Part shown: positions 41,774 to 53,011 of the stretch, piece by piece
Position numbering within the stretch: position 1 is the first letter of the stretch
Layout: each line of letters begins with the position of its first letter
NCBI GenBank assembly: GCA_051362555.1
Contig: CM120646.1
Span: 13,888,001-13,952,000 of the forward strand
Length of the DNA stretch: 64,000 nucleotides
Direction of reading: 5' to 3'
From: Lingula anatina
Lineage: Eukaryota > Animalia > Brachiopoda
Translations under genes and position numbers: made by a program
Notes under the pieces: generated by a model
What the model saw: only the letters and a program-made list of their open reading frames with translations
Database searches by the model: none
What the model was told of the DNA's origin: nothing

Positions 41774-41826
41774 AATAAAATCAACAACACCTTGAATTGT
41801 TTTCAAACAAAAATGATTTGTTTATT
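41774..41826. terminator. Candidate convergent poly(A) signals (DUOX + strand AATAAA 41774-41779; CREBZF - strand AATAAA 41821-41826)
   Basis: Opposed hexamers ~45 bp apart, at roughly the point where base skew changes from T-rich to A/C-rich on the + strand. AATAAA is common in AT-rich DNA, so this is tentative. Confidence 0.4.
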
Positions 41827-42856
41827 GAACTGAGAGAATATCATCCATTGTTTCCTTCAAACTTATTTCAAAAACTGCCTTCCAAAGTTTTCCACCTACA
41901 TGCAGATTGCGTTAATTCCATCTCAAAATGCTCCATTACATATTCAACAAGCCTTGAATAATCTTATGAAATATGTACAACATAAACTGATGGCAAAGAA
42001 GATGACAAGAACTTGCTTCTCTCATATCTAGATTACAAAGTGGGCCCCTTTTATTACAAATATCCAGTTTTGACCAAACTGTGGTACTTCTGAACACTTT
42101 ATCCAAAATTTTATTTCAAAAACTTGAGATAGAAATGTTGAACCTATATTCATTGTCAACATGCAATATTACAATTGAATTTTTTGGTAAAGAACCTTTT
42201 CTGTTTACTTAAATCTTTCCACCTTGCACATTTATCAATGCATTTCATCTTCATTCTCAACATTTTAATTAGAGGAGAAACAAATTCTCGGTTCATTGTT
42301 GTATCCTAAAAATTGTATCAGAGTTATATTCAAATCAAAAGATGTTTTCAAGTTCTGTTTGGAAATCTTTTTCTAACTTCACAAACAAATATATAAAGAA
42401 CATCATGCATTCATTAAGAAATTTTTTTCATGCAGCATTTTCCTTAGAAATACAAAAGGGATCAACTACAATATATAAACTGCACAAGATAGTGATAAAA
42501 ACGGTTACACTGACAACAATATTTCAATCACTTCCATTTTTGAGGCCATGCTCATCAAGTAGATTCAAAACTCTAACATTTTTTTTATAAATCTTCCAAC
42601 TTATAAATTTAAAACTGTTTGGATTTGACTTGGCATTTCAACAAAAGTGGAGTAGTTGGCAAAATTATCCTCAGTGTATTATCTACTAAATAAACCACCC
42701 GAATGTTTGACCGAAGAACATTGAAGTGAAACTTGATACCATTTTGCTTTGCATTTTTCTGTTTGGTTTAATCAAAATAAATTGTCATTGTAACTTAGCA
42801 GGATTAAATAATTTAACAGTAGTTTGCCCATACCTTCAACCAAATGAATTTTTTTT

Positions 42857-42887
<31 letters not shown>

Positions 42888-44791
42888 GCTAAATAATAAC
42901 ACCTTCCAAAGAGTCTACCCATCTGAAGAATCACTATCACTGCCCAAAGTTCACTCATTCAGGTGTTTTTCAGGTGCTATGAATTTGGTGCCTTCTGCTT
43001 AACCATCCTTCCTCCTTGCATGCTCCATACCTTGTCTACGGAACATATTCAAAAATGAACAAATATCACACTTAAAAAAAGAAATTCAACTTCCAATTCA
43101 AAAGAAGTTCAAGAGTTACTCTTAGATTCACATAAAGATTCTTAGAAAAGATTCAGGCAAAACATGTTACTTTAATTTCTTACACAATTACTTTAGGTAT
43201 CAATTTAATAATAAAAAAATTTAACACTACAAGCAGGACACTTGACAAATGATGTCATGCTTTTCACAGCGTGTCACCAAATTCATACCACAACATGATT
43301 TTAAACATTCTGCTGGCGGGGTCTTTTCTCCAGTGATGGAACGCTCTGAAAAACACTTTTAATTTTGCTGCAATTTTAGCAGCATTAGAACAGAATGAAT
43401 ATTAATAATAATGATAATAAATAAATAATAATAAAATAAGAGATTTCATCAACTTGGCCATCATCTTTGCATATTTCCAATAAACTACAGTAATATACAT
43501 GCCATAGTGCACAAGCAAAACTATGCTGAACATAATATTTTCTTTTCTTTTTTCACTATTAATCTCAAATTAACATATTAAACCTTCAACACCTAACATT
43601 TCCATAATATGTACAGTTACCTTCGTCCTCAACTCTGCACTCATTTGCACCAAGGAGTTTCACATCCGGGTCAAAGTTCAGAGTTCACTCTCAAGTAAAG
43701 TCTTTGTTGGTAAAGAAAAGAAAAACCTCATAACTACCATGTATTTCATTTCCCTCAAAATGCAAGTAAACGAAGGTAATTCACCTTGTCAACAAAGTCA
43801 TCCAGTTCTACACAAGATGAAAACATTTTCATATTGACAAAATGTGACATATACACATAAAATTACGACAGTTTTGCTTTGTAGTCTACATTGCATTAAT
43901 TCACAGTAATACATATAGTTTTTAAAATATTATTAAAATAATATTATTACTTTCCACTTATTTTTAAGACACTTCTTTTCTCCCTTTCTAGGAAACAATA
44001 CAGAGATACATAATTTTCATAGCCTGAAAATATGAGACATTTACAAAATATACACTATAAGTCCTTGCTCAAACACCATTGAAACCAGTCAAATATTAAG
44101 TTTATCCAAGACAGCAACAAAGTGAGTACTCAAGATGGGAAACCCAACAAATTGAGATGTGAAATCTAAACTGGCTTAAAGGTTGTTGAGCAAGTACGCA
44201 AGCAGATATCAAAAATTTTGAGATACCTTACCAGATAATAAAAAGATAATCTGTGTCACTTCAGACCAAGGATGGGCTGCCATCTTTCAATCCAGGAACA
44301 GCTTTAAAACCTGCAGAAAAACTTTAAAATGAATTAGTGACTTTACCACTTAACTAAATCTTAACTAAGAAGATGCAATCTTAACTAGTAAGAATTACTA
44401 TACAGTTACTCCTCTTCAAGTTTCATTTTCACATTTTTTTTCCTATAATCATTTCCAATTGTCTGGTTCAGTGCTTATTTTAGTGCTTTTTTGCAGCATT
44501 AAGTTTTTTCAGTACTTATGTTTTCTGCATACAAATATATTTTTTCTTTTTCTGTTCTTTCTACTTCACACAATAAAATGCATTTTTTTGTTTGTTTTTT
44601 TCGTGTATTCTGAGGTAAATCGTTACTCCCTTCTTGTAACATAGACATACAACCCTGTTTGTCAACCACCATCTACGTGTTATCCGGGCTCTGGCCTCTG
44701 AACCAAGGGGTCACGATGACGCTTTGGGTTCTTTAACCTCGTCATAGCCTCATTGGGGCAAGTCGTTTTCCATAATTTTACGAAGTTGTGT

Positions 44792-45820
44792 TCACTTTCC
44801 GCTAGCCATCAGGGCACATTTTGGACAAAACTCAAGTGACACATTATCTTTGTCCACATGAAGGCAAATCCCACCACTAGGAGCCACAGTGCGAGCTCTC
44901 TTAGATGGTGTTCTATAGTCATGATCTAGGTTTGCTGCCCTTTTGGTTGTGAAAGAGGAGGTTAGCGTAACCCCTTTAACACTGTCCATATTCTGTAAGA
45001 TATTTGCCAGCACACTTTGATTTGCCAGCACATTTTTTAAGTATGCCACCTCTTCTTGTAAAGAAACATTGTCTTCGTCTAGTCTCTTTGACTTTAATAT
45101 CAGGGCTTCGTTTTCTTTTCTCAGAGCCTGCACTTCAGATTCAAGTCCTTGCATATAGGCTTTCTTCTTTTGTCGGTTAAGTTTGGCCATTTCGGCATTG
45201 TGGCGATTACGAGCAAGAATGTCAGGTATATTGGCCACATCAACAGGTTGTACTGGTGCGGCCTTTACCACTTGCACCACTCTCGTATTAGAAGAAGTCT
45301 GTTTCGTGGTGACACTCAGGGCAGGCCTTTTCTCTGCTTTTCTTGGCATGATGGTGAATTTTGTACTAGTAACAGTTTTTTCAGATTTCTGCGTCTGCTC
45401 GGGGACTATCCCAGATGCATCACACAAATACCCCAAGAAGTCTTCGTCAACTTTGGTCTCTTCTGTGTCACTCAAATTGTTACCCTTTTCAGTTTCAATA
45501 GAAGCGTTCTCTGGTGCATCAGGTAACATGTGCAGTAGGTGACTGTCGTCTTCTTGGACTAAATCATCAAAAGTAATACTTGTCTCTAACTCAGGGAAAA
45601 GTTGTGAAGACTCAGTGTCTAAATCCTCCATAAATCCTGTATCTGTGCTGGAGGAATAACTTCCCGCTGGACTCCCGAGGCTGTACTTGTCGTCACAGTC
45701 CGGGCTGTAGGCTGGGGAAAGCATTGGATCGGCGCCTCTTTCTACGGAGACGGCCTTCAAGACTTCTTCAAGTTGGCTATCAACATCAACAAAGGCATGG
45801 GTAACATCAATGTCTTCCAT
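44792..45820 (-). CDS. CREBZF: CREB/ATF bZIP transcription factor (Zhangfei/SMILE), 342 aa, single coding exon
   Basis: Acidic N-terminus; bZIP NAEMAKLNRQKKKAYMQGLESEVQALRKENEAL...LQEEVAYLKNVLAN; HCF-binding motif DHDY; C-terminal GGICLHVDKDNVSLEFCPKCA closely matches the CREBZF signature ([21 protein letters not shown], recalled from the human protein). Confidence 0.93.
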   Translation of the reverse strand: MEDIDVTHAFVDVDSQLEEVLKAVSVERGADPMLSPAYSPDCDDKYSLGSPAGSYSSSTDTGFMEDLDTESSQLFPELETSITFDDLVQEDDSHLLHMLPDAPENASIETEKGNNLSDTEETKVDEDFLGYLCDASGIVPEQTQKSEKTVTSTKFTIMPRKAEKRPALSVTTKQTSSNTRVVQVVKAAPVQPVDVANIPDILARNRHNAEMAKLNRQKKKAYMQGLESEVQALRKENEALILKSKRLDEDNVSLQEEVAYLKNVLANQSVLANILQNMDSVKGVTLTSSFTTKRAANLDHDYRTPSKRARTVAPSGGICLHVDKDNVSLEFCPKCALMASGK

Positions 45821-46727
45821 ATCAACAAGTTGTTACAACAAATAAAAACTTTGCGTACAACTTTAAAGCACTCGACCTGACGTTTTACTATAAAGGTTCG
45901 GGTAACAAAAGTCTGCAGAGCTGTATATTGTTTTTTTCACGAAATGTACCCGTAAGTTCTGACTGTTAATTAAGACAGTATAAATTTCTTACTTTTGACT
46001 GTTCGACGTCAAATTAGTCTACTGCAACGGTCGCTATTCTGACATCAATCCGACAGAAATATGAGCCAATATGCGACAGATTTTTTCACTAATTGTTACA
46101 GTTAAGGTGTATTACCTCTTTTAACAAGCTCCTCCGCTGTTGCCTTACAAATGTCGATAAGAAACGATCTCAACCTTCCTCAAACTTCAAAGTAAAAATG
46201 CTGAGCCAGACAAACGTGAGTAAAACGTTTGTAACTCGAGATTGGATGAATGGAGTCACATGGTTCAAATTATGCCCACTGATTGGATATCTATTTTTAA
46301 CCATGATGTCATTGCAATCACCTGCCCGACGTTCATGAAACGTAAGGCGGCTTGCAGTTTTGATTCATACGCTGTGTGGGAATATTTGTCTACTCTTTCA
46401 TCAAAGAAAGGGCCCCACATTGAAAGGCCGTGGCAATTTGCTGATAGACTATCAACACAAAAGCAAAAGCTATGTAATAAAACATCTGAATAGCCTAAAA
46501 AGTTGGAATACGCTTATATCTGGCGGAAGAATCGATATGTAGTACCGATTTTATGCGGGATCAAAAGATGTTCTTTAAAAAAAATATCCCTATTTTTGTA
46601 GAAAGTGGTCATATAAATAATTATTTTAAATAAAAACAATGGTAATTTTTCATAAGATAAAAATTATCTCGTGAATTGTAAAATGCGGCCCTGCTCTCTC
46701 ATATCAGGAAACGAAGGAAACGTCAAC
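45821..46727. promoter_or_regulatory. Probable bidirectional promoter region of CREBZF and UBE2Z
   Basis: 907 bp between divergent start codons; CCAAT/ATTGG boxes (~46066, ~46241, ~46282); CRE-like GACGTCA (~46005); TGATGTCATTGCAATCA (46304-46320). Confidence 0.6.
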
Positions 46728-49700
46728 ATGGCCACAGCTGATGAGGCCGAGATATTACCTCTGGCCGAGAGTTTCCTTGCTGCTGATGTAGGCGAGTCTT
46801 CCAGTCCGACGGCAACCATGTGGGACCCTCTGTCTTGTAAAGACTGGGACAATGAAAAGGCGTCTCCCCAGTGCTTAACCAGAATCAAGAGGTGATTAAT
46901 ATGTCTTAAAACTTCTATGACATAGTGAAAAATGAAAATGAAAGATGAAAAAGTTACTAGACCGTAAGTTAAAAATATCCCTTCTTGGAGAAAAACTAAA
47001 ACATACGGGGAATTCAGTCACACCTTGCACAGTATATTAAAATGTGTAAACAGCAAGTGCTGCTTTTACTAATTAAATACAAATTGCTATGTAAAATAAA
47101 TCTCCAAGTTAAACACCTTGATAATTGTTAAGCACAATGCTAATAATTCAATTTCAGGGACATCATGAGTATTTACCAAGAGCCGCCGCCTGGTATGTGT
47201 ATTGTGCCTGACAAGGACAACATAACAAAGGTATTTTTTGGTGGATAAATTTAATGCAATAATTGTTAAAGGGTACAAGTACTGTACAAGAAATTGAAAG
47301 GACTGGTACAGAACCAATTTGATGTGACCTATATTTGTAGGCTAGTTTTTGAGGAATAATAATGAAGCATTTGCAAAATTCTAATTCATTTTTCACCCAA
47401 GGATTGCATGTTATTTCTCAAAACCTGCACTCTCCCTGCTAGCCAGTCAGGTCCAGTCACTGGACATTATTTACATTATTCTTTAATTGTAAGATATTTA
47501 TTGAAGCTAAAAAGACACTCATGTATTTTTCCTTCAGATTCATGCTCTTATAACTGGTCCATTCGACACTCCATACGAAGGGGGTTTCTTTTACTTCCTG
47601 ATACGATGTCCACCAGATTATCCAATCAGAGCACCAAGAGTTCGGCTGTTGACCACAGGAGATGGGCGTGTCCGATTTAACCCTAACCTGTACAGGAATG
47701 GCAAAGTCTGTTTGAGTATTTTAGGGTAAGGACTATGCACTCAGAGGTTTTTAAGTGGTAACAAAGTATATATATAAGATCGCATTCACAACGAGTTGAG
47801 CCATGGCTTTACAAATCCTGGAACTAAATATGGCGGACGTACATAAAAAAAAGAAAAACCGCCTAATTTTTTAATAGTCTCTCCGCCTCTCACATGCCTC
47901 CCCATGCGTCGTCCCTGCGGGGGTACAGTCATTAAATCTCGGCTCCATTGGGACGACACATGGGGAGGCGTGTGAGAGGCGGAGAGACTATTAAAAGATT
48001 AGGCGGTTTTTCTTTCATGTACGTCTGCCATATTTAGTTCCAGGATTTGTAAAGCCATGGCTCAACTCGTTGTGAATGCGATCTTAGATGGCTTAGTGTA
48101 TATAAGCAATTAACTGATTTTTTCTTTGCTTGAACAACATGTCAGGCAGTGCAAAATATCTCTTCAATTTACAAAAGTAGTTGAACTTTGAATTAACGAG
48201 CAGGAATTGTTGTGCTTCATGACCTGACATACAGTTTTAGCTATTAACAGATTCATATTAAATTTTATAATTAGTACAGCAGATCTCACATTTAGTGGCC
48301 TTGCTCAAACTGGACACTCGCCTTTTACTGAATATGGATGTCCCAATCTGATCATGTGAAAGAGAGTGGTATAAAAATTATTTGTATTATGTTCAAAAAT
48401 AGCTTAAGTCATTAAGAATGTTACATTAAAGAGACAACCTGTTGAATGGAAATCGTAACAACTATTGTTCACAACACAGAACACAATCTAGGTTGATTTT
48501 GATGGTCTTGACTAATGCAGTAAGCTGCAGAATATAAAAGGCAATGGCCAGCTGCAGGTCCACAACACACTGGATCACACCAAACACAATTTAGTTTTAA
48601 ACAAATTCGAAATGTTTTGTTTCTTTATCCAGAGCTTCATCAGTTGTGTTATGCACCCAAAGTTACATTGATGGATCCTTCAAGACTAATGCCTGATATA
48701 TAAATGTGATGAACTCGTCTTGTGTAATGTGTTGGAGTTAAACTAAGTAATACCCATTCCCTCTTGAGTTTAAGCTGTTATTAGATTCAGGAATTTGCTA
48801 TTACAACCAATGTCTTTATGAGTTTAATCAGTATTTTAATATGATTCCAGCACATGGTCAGGTCCAGCATGGAGTCCCGCACAGAGCCTGTCTAGTGTTC
48901 TCATCTCCATACAGTCTCTTATGAATGAGAAACCATACCACAATGAACCAGGATTCGAACAGGTGCAGACTGGATTTAATTTTAATTGTTTTTTTTTTTT
49001 TAATTTTTTGTTTTCCAAAAAAAAAATAAATAAATAAAATAAATAAATAAAGGAGAAAAATAACAAAGATCCATTATAAGATAATGATAATGTAAATAGG
49101 TGATAACAATCACTGAAGGTAAATAAAGAATTATGATAAAATTCTGGTAGAACTCATTGAATGAGTAGTGCTATAAATGAATTATAATAGGTACATGTAG
49201 AAAGATATCAGTGAAATTTTAGTGATCTTTGAGACTGGGTTCCCATAAACCTGTTGCACTAGCAGGATCGATCTAACTATGAGAAGATTCTTACTAAATT
49301 GCACTCGGCATAAGTGGCTTGAATGTCTGACACGTCCACTGAAGCTGCTAGGAGGGCAATTAACTTGTGTTCACGCTTAAACTGAATGTAATTAAGGGAA
49401 AATCCCCTCATAAATTATTTGGATGTAACTCTAACTTTGGGCTGACCTAACTACATTATGTTTGCCTGCTTTCAGATGATGCTTAAAGTATATAATGTAC
49501 AGCAGTTTTCTGTTGGCTTTATGGTATATTTGTACATTGAATCATTTTATTTGTTGCAGGAAAGGACCCCAGGAGATGCCAAAAGGTATAATGACATCAT
49601 AAGACATGAAACCCTACGAGTAGCAGTTTGTGATATGCTAGAGGGAAGGTGTCAGTGTCCACAAGCATTAAGGTAAGGAGTCAATGTCCACAAGCATTAA

Positions 49701-50604
49701 GGTAAGGAGTCAATGTCCACAAGCATTAAGGTAAAGAGTTAATGTCCACAAGCATTAAGGTAAGGAGTCAATGTCCACAAGCATTAAGGTAAATAAGGAG
49801 TCAATTTCCACAAGAATAATCACTTTCAATGATTTTGTTATAGAATATAACAGTGAATTTAATGGACAGTAAATCAACTTCCTTATATAAACGTATAATT
49901 GAATTGTGAGAATTGTACTAGTAATTTCCCAAAGAACTGATATTCATTATTATTAAAAAAATCAGAGTTTATTTGAATTATAAAAGGAAGTAGGAATGTT
50001 AAGGAAGTGGTTATATTTTGTCAGTTATATGAATTTTTTTTTAATGTTTTGTATGTATATTTATTCATTTATTTGCTTCTTGTTTATTAAAGCTGTAGCT
50101 GGCATATTTTCCAATTTCATATTTGATCCCGTTGTAGAAATGTGAAAATGACATGTTTTAATGTATATGTGTGCACTGATGTTGTAATTTTTAATTAATA
50201 TCTGTATCTAGTAACAAGTAAATTGTCTGTTTGTTTTGTAACAGGTATTTTCTTGATATTTTATTTCAGGGAGGTGATGGAGAAATCATTTCCAGAGTAT
50301 TACGATTACTATGAATCCACTTGCCTATCCAATTCCCACCTATCTGGACAAAATATGCAGGTAAGGTTTGAAGATATATTCCTCAGATATTCGATAATTA
50401 CTTATTGAATTTTAACAAAAACAAATTAATATATTCTATAGCAATGCTTTGTTAGTTACACATTAAAATGTTGATTCAGTGATGTCTTGGCTTCACGTCA
50501 AAAAGCACAAGGCATGCCATTTTTATGAGTGACTAAACTGAAAGATCTTGAAATAAGAAAATAGTGCGGTTATATCATTTATGACAATAGGTAGATGCAG
50601 CATT

Positions 50605-50659
<55 letters not shown>

Positions 50660-50808
50660 CACTGAATATACAGTTGCTATTATTGGCAATTTTAGTGGGT
50701 ATGTTTTAAAAGTTTAGAAAGTGTAATTATTAATTTTGGATAGTATGGCTGTTTTAAGTTTTAATTTTTATATTATACACAGTGTTCAGAAAAAACTTAA
50801 CATTCAGC

Positions 50809-50858
<50 letters not shown>

Positions 50859-51110
50859 CACTAGGACCCATTCGGTGAGAAACGAGGGAAATTTGATTAT
50901 GGTGCAATTCTCAAAAGACTTCAGACATTAAAAGTTAAACTGGAGGACCGGTTCTTATCCTCAGACTGTGAGGACTTGAGTGATGACAGTGGGGGCGTGG
51001 GAGGAGGAGGAGGAGGAGGAACAAAAGGAGAAGGAGATACAGAGGACACTTCTAATACAAACTCACAGACTCCAGAGACAACAAAACATAATAAGGGTTT
51101 ACGTGTATAA
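46728..51110 (+). CDS. UBE2Z: Ubiquitin-conjugating enzyme E2 Z (USE1, UBA6-specific E2), ~328 aa, 7 exons
   Basis: Exons 46728-46891, 47158-47230, 47538-47725, 48851-48962, 49560-49672, 50270-50360, 50865-51110 join in frame. Sequence reads [71 protein letters not shown] (catalytic Cys)..[35 protein letters not shown]. The ATG lies in a CAACATGG context. Confidence 0.95.
47777..48084. mobile_element. Long fold-back (palindromic) MITE in UBE2Z intron 3
   Basis: ~140-bp near-perfect inverted arms (AGATCGCATTCACAACGAGTTGAGCCATGG... / ...CCATGGCTCAACTCGTTGTGAATGCGATCT) around a ~35-nt spacer; TA on both flanks, consistent with a Tc1/mariner-type target duplication. Confidence 0.8.
49651..49816 (+). 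repeat. 29-bp minisatellite (~5.5 copies) spanning the UBE2Z exon 5 donor site
   Basis: GTCAATGTCCACAAGCATTAAG|GTAAGGA repeated; the first copy contains the real exon end (49672). Confidence 0.95.
50811..50856. repeat. (TTA)n microsatellite abutting the acceptor of the last UBE2Z exon
   Basis: Direct observation. Similar (ATTT)n or (TAT)n tracts precede DUOX acceptors at ~31806-31850, ~33437-33479 and ~38302-38340. Confidence 0.9.
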
Positions 51111-52603
51111 CACATACCCTGCGGGTCAAATATATAGTCTGATTCCCAAATTATATCGTGATTATCCCAACATGGAACGAGTAAAACATTGAGAAGGGCA
51201 AGATAAAGGAAGAACTGCATGTTGTGTTTTTTGAAGGCTTTGCACTAGCGCTGTTTCTTGACATGGCAAGCAGAAAAAGTGGCATGTTTATGTATATGGC
51301 TTCTTCAGCAATAGATAGATTTCTGATGGATGTGGTTTGTGTGTAACCACAAACCAAAGGCAAATTTGTGCAGAGCCAGTTTAGTGGTTTAATCTGTCAG
51401 CAGCGAGTTTTAAGTGAGTTTTCAGCCAAGCAGAAGTCAATTTCTCTAGCAGTATTTAAATAGATGGATTTTAATGTGGTTCGTATCACTGAAGACCATA
51501 GTCAATATTAGGCTTGTACTGAGGGCTGGCACCTTGTGATTGAATTTTAAAAACTGATGATAATGATATGATATCTGGTGGATAAATATTACACACTAGT
51601 GTTGTTATTTGAATCCCCCTCCCGAACCCCCGAACCCCCCCCCCCCCCCCCCCAAAAAAAAACAAATTAATTAGTAGACCTCATATGCCTCGGACACATG
51701 AATGTTTTAAATTAACGTTTTCAGTAATTTTACACAACATATATGAGACGTTGGAAACAAATAACCCCAAAACAAAATGCCAGAATTAAAGTAACTGTAC
51801 TTTGTTCCCCATTACTTTGTACAGGTGACATTCGTCTCATATACAAACCCCAATACTAACCCTAACCTGTACTTATCATATGGGACCTTGAACTCCCATT
51901 TCCAGGACAACCGCCTGTTGCCTATTGTTATTGCCTGGGTGCTCCCTGATGATTAAAAAGGACTTATGATGAACTGGGGGGGAAAAGGAAAAGGTTCACT
52001 TTTCATTAAGATCCACCTAACCCTCTCCACTAAAAAATAAATAAATAAATATGCTCCTCCCATTTAAGGCCCAGCCCAGTAATGCGATTTTTCTAGCGAG
52101 TTCTAGGTGAAATAAAATGCTTCAGTGATTAGGCACTGTGTTTTTAGACTATGATTTTCTTTTATTGAACACCAGTTTTAATAACCAGAAACAGTGGAAC
52201 GAACAAGTACAACGTGATACGTGGAGTTCTAAATCGCTAATGGATAAGTTTTTTTTTTTTTTAATTCATATTAAAATTTAAAGTTGGCTCCCCTTTGTAT
52301 CAAACTTATGTACTGAAAACTGAACAAACAGATGTAGGGGGAGAACTTTCCTTTATGTCTCCTCATTCACACAATAAAGCAACAGTAAAAGAAAAACAAG
52401 TATGATGTTGAAAATTTGGCTGGTGACGGCCGTTTTTATTGAAAAGTCCCTCTAATGAATGAATAAATGAATGACTGGTGTAATTTAGTAGATAGCATAA
52501 AATAATGTGGAGTAAATGCAAGTACGTAATGTTCAGGCCTGAAAAAACTGTATTAATATGTAATTTCCAAACAAATAGTACACATATTTATTTGTGGGGT
52601 TAC

Positions 52604-52830
52604 AAAGAGGTTAAAAATTGATTATAGCCAAAAGAAGAAAAAGCCCAAACCAAAATTGTGAAATCCGAAAAAACGTGCAGTGAAACTGCAAAGCCAAAAT
52701 GGGTTTTCAAAGAGGTCAAAAACAATGATTGTGCCAAAAGGAAAAATAAAGCCAAAATTGTGAAAGCCGAAAAGGTGCGCTGTGTAACTTTAAAGCCAAA
52801 ATGCGTTCTCAAGCCAAATGTAAAATTAAA
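52604..52830. repeat. Two diverged ~105-bp tandem units rich in GCCAAA
   Basis: AAAGAGGT(T/C)AAAAA...GCCAAAAG...CCAAAATTGTGAAA.CCGAAAA...AAAGCCAAAATG occurs twice. Confidence 0.7.
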
Positions 52831-53011
52831 GCCGATCAAGTTTAAGAAAATGGCAAAAAAAAGTGAATGTATATTGTAAATAGCCTAATGGATCTGTACA
52901 AAATTAAATTATTTTAGTATTTTGAAGTCTGCACTTGGTCTAGTTAGTGTTATATACCTGTCGTGATTTCCTCCCTTTAAGCTTCAAAGAGAAAGATATA
53001 TGATTAAACGG

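Noticed and set aside
44750-44794. Stop-codon readthrough of CREBZF (TGA followed by 13 sense codons)
   Set aside because: The context is TGA-ACA rather than the leaky TGA-CTAG type, and the extension is short and uninformative.
45149-45542. Plus-strand ORFs of 125 and 119 aa overlapping CREBZF
   Set aside because: Antisense shadow ORFs of a real coding region; no motifs.
52600-52879. Lys-rich ORF (+) and Phe-rich ORF (-)
   Set aside because: Both are translations of the ~105-bp A-rich tandem repeat.
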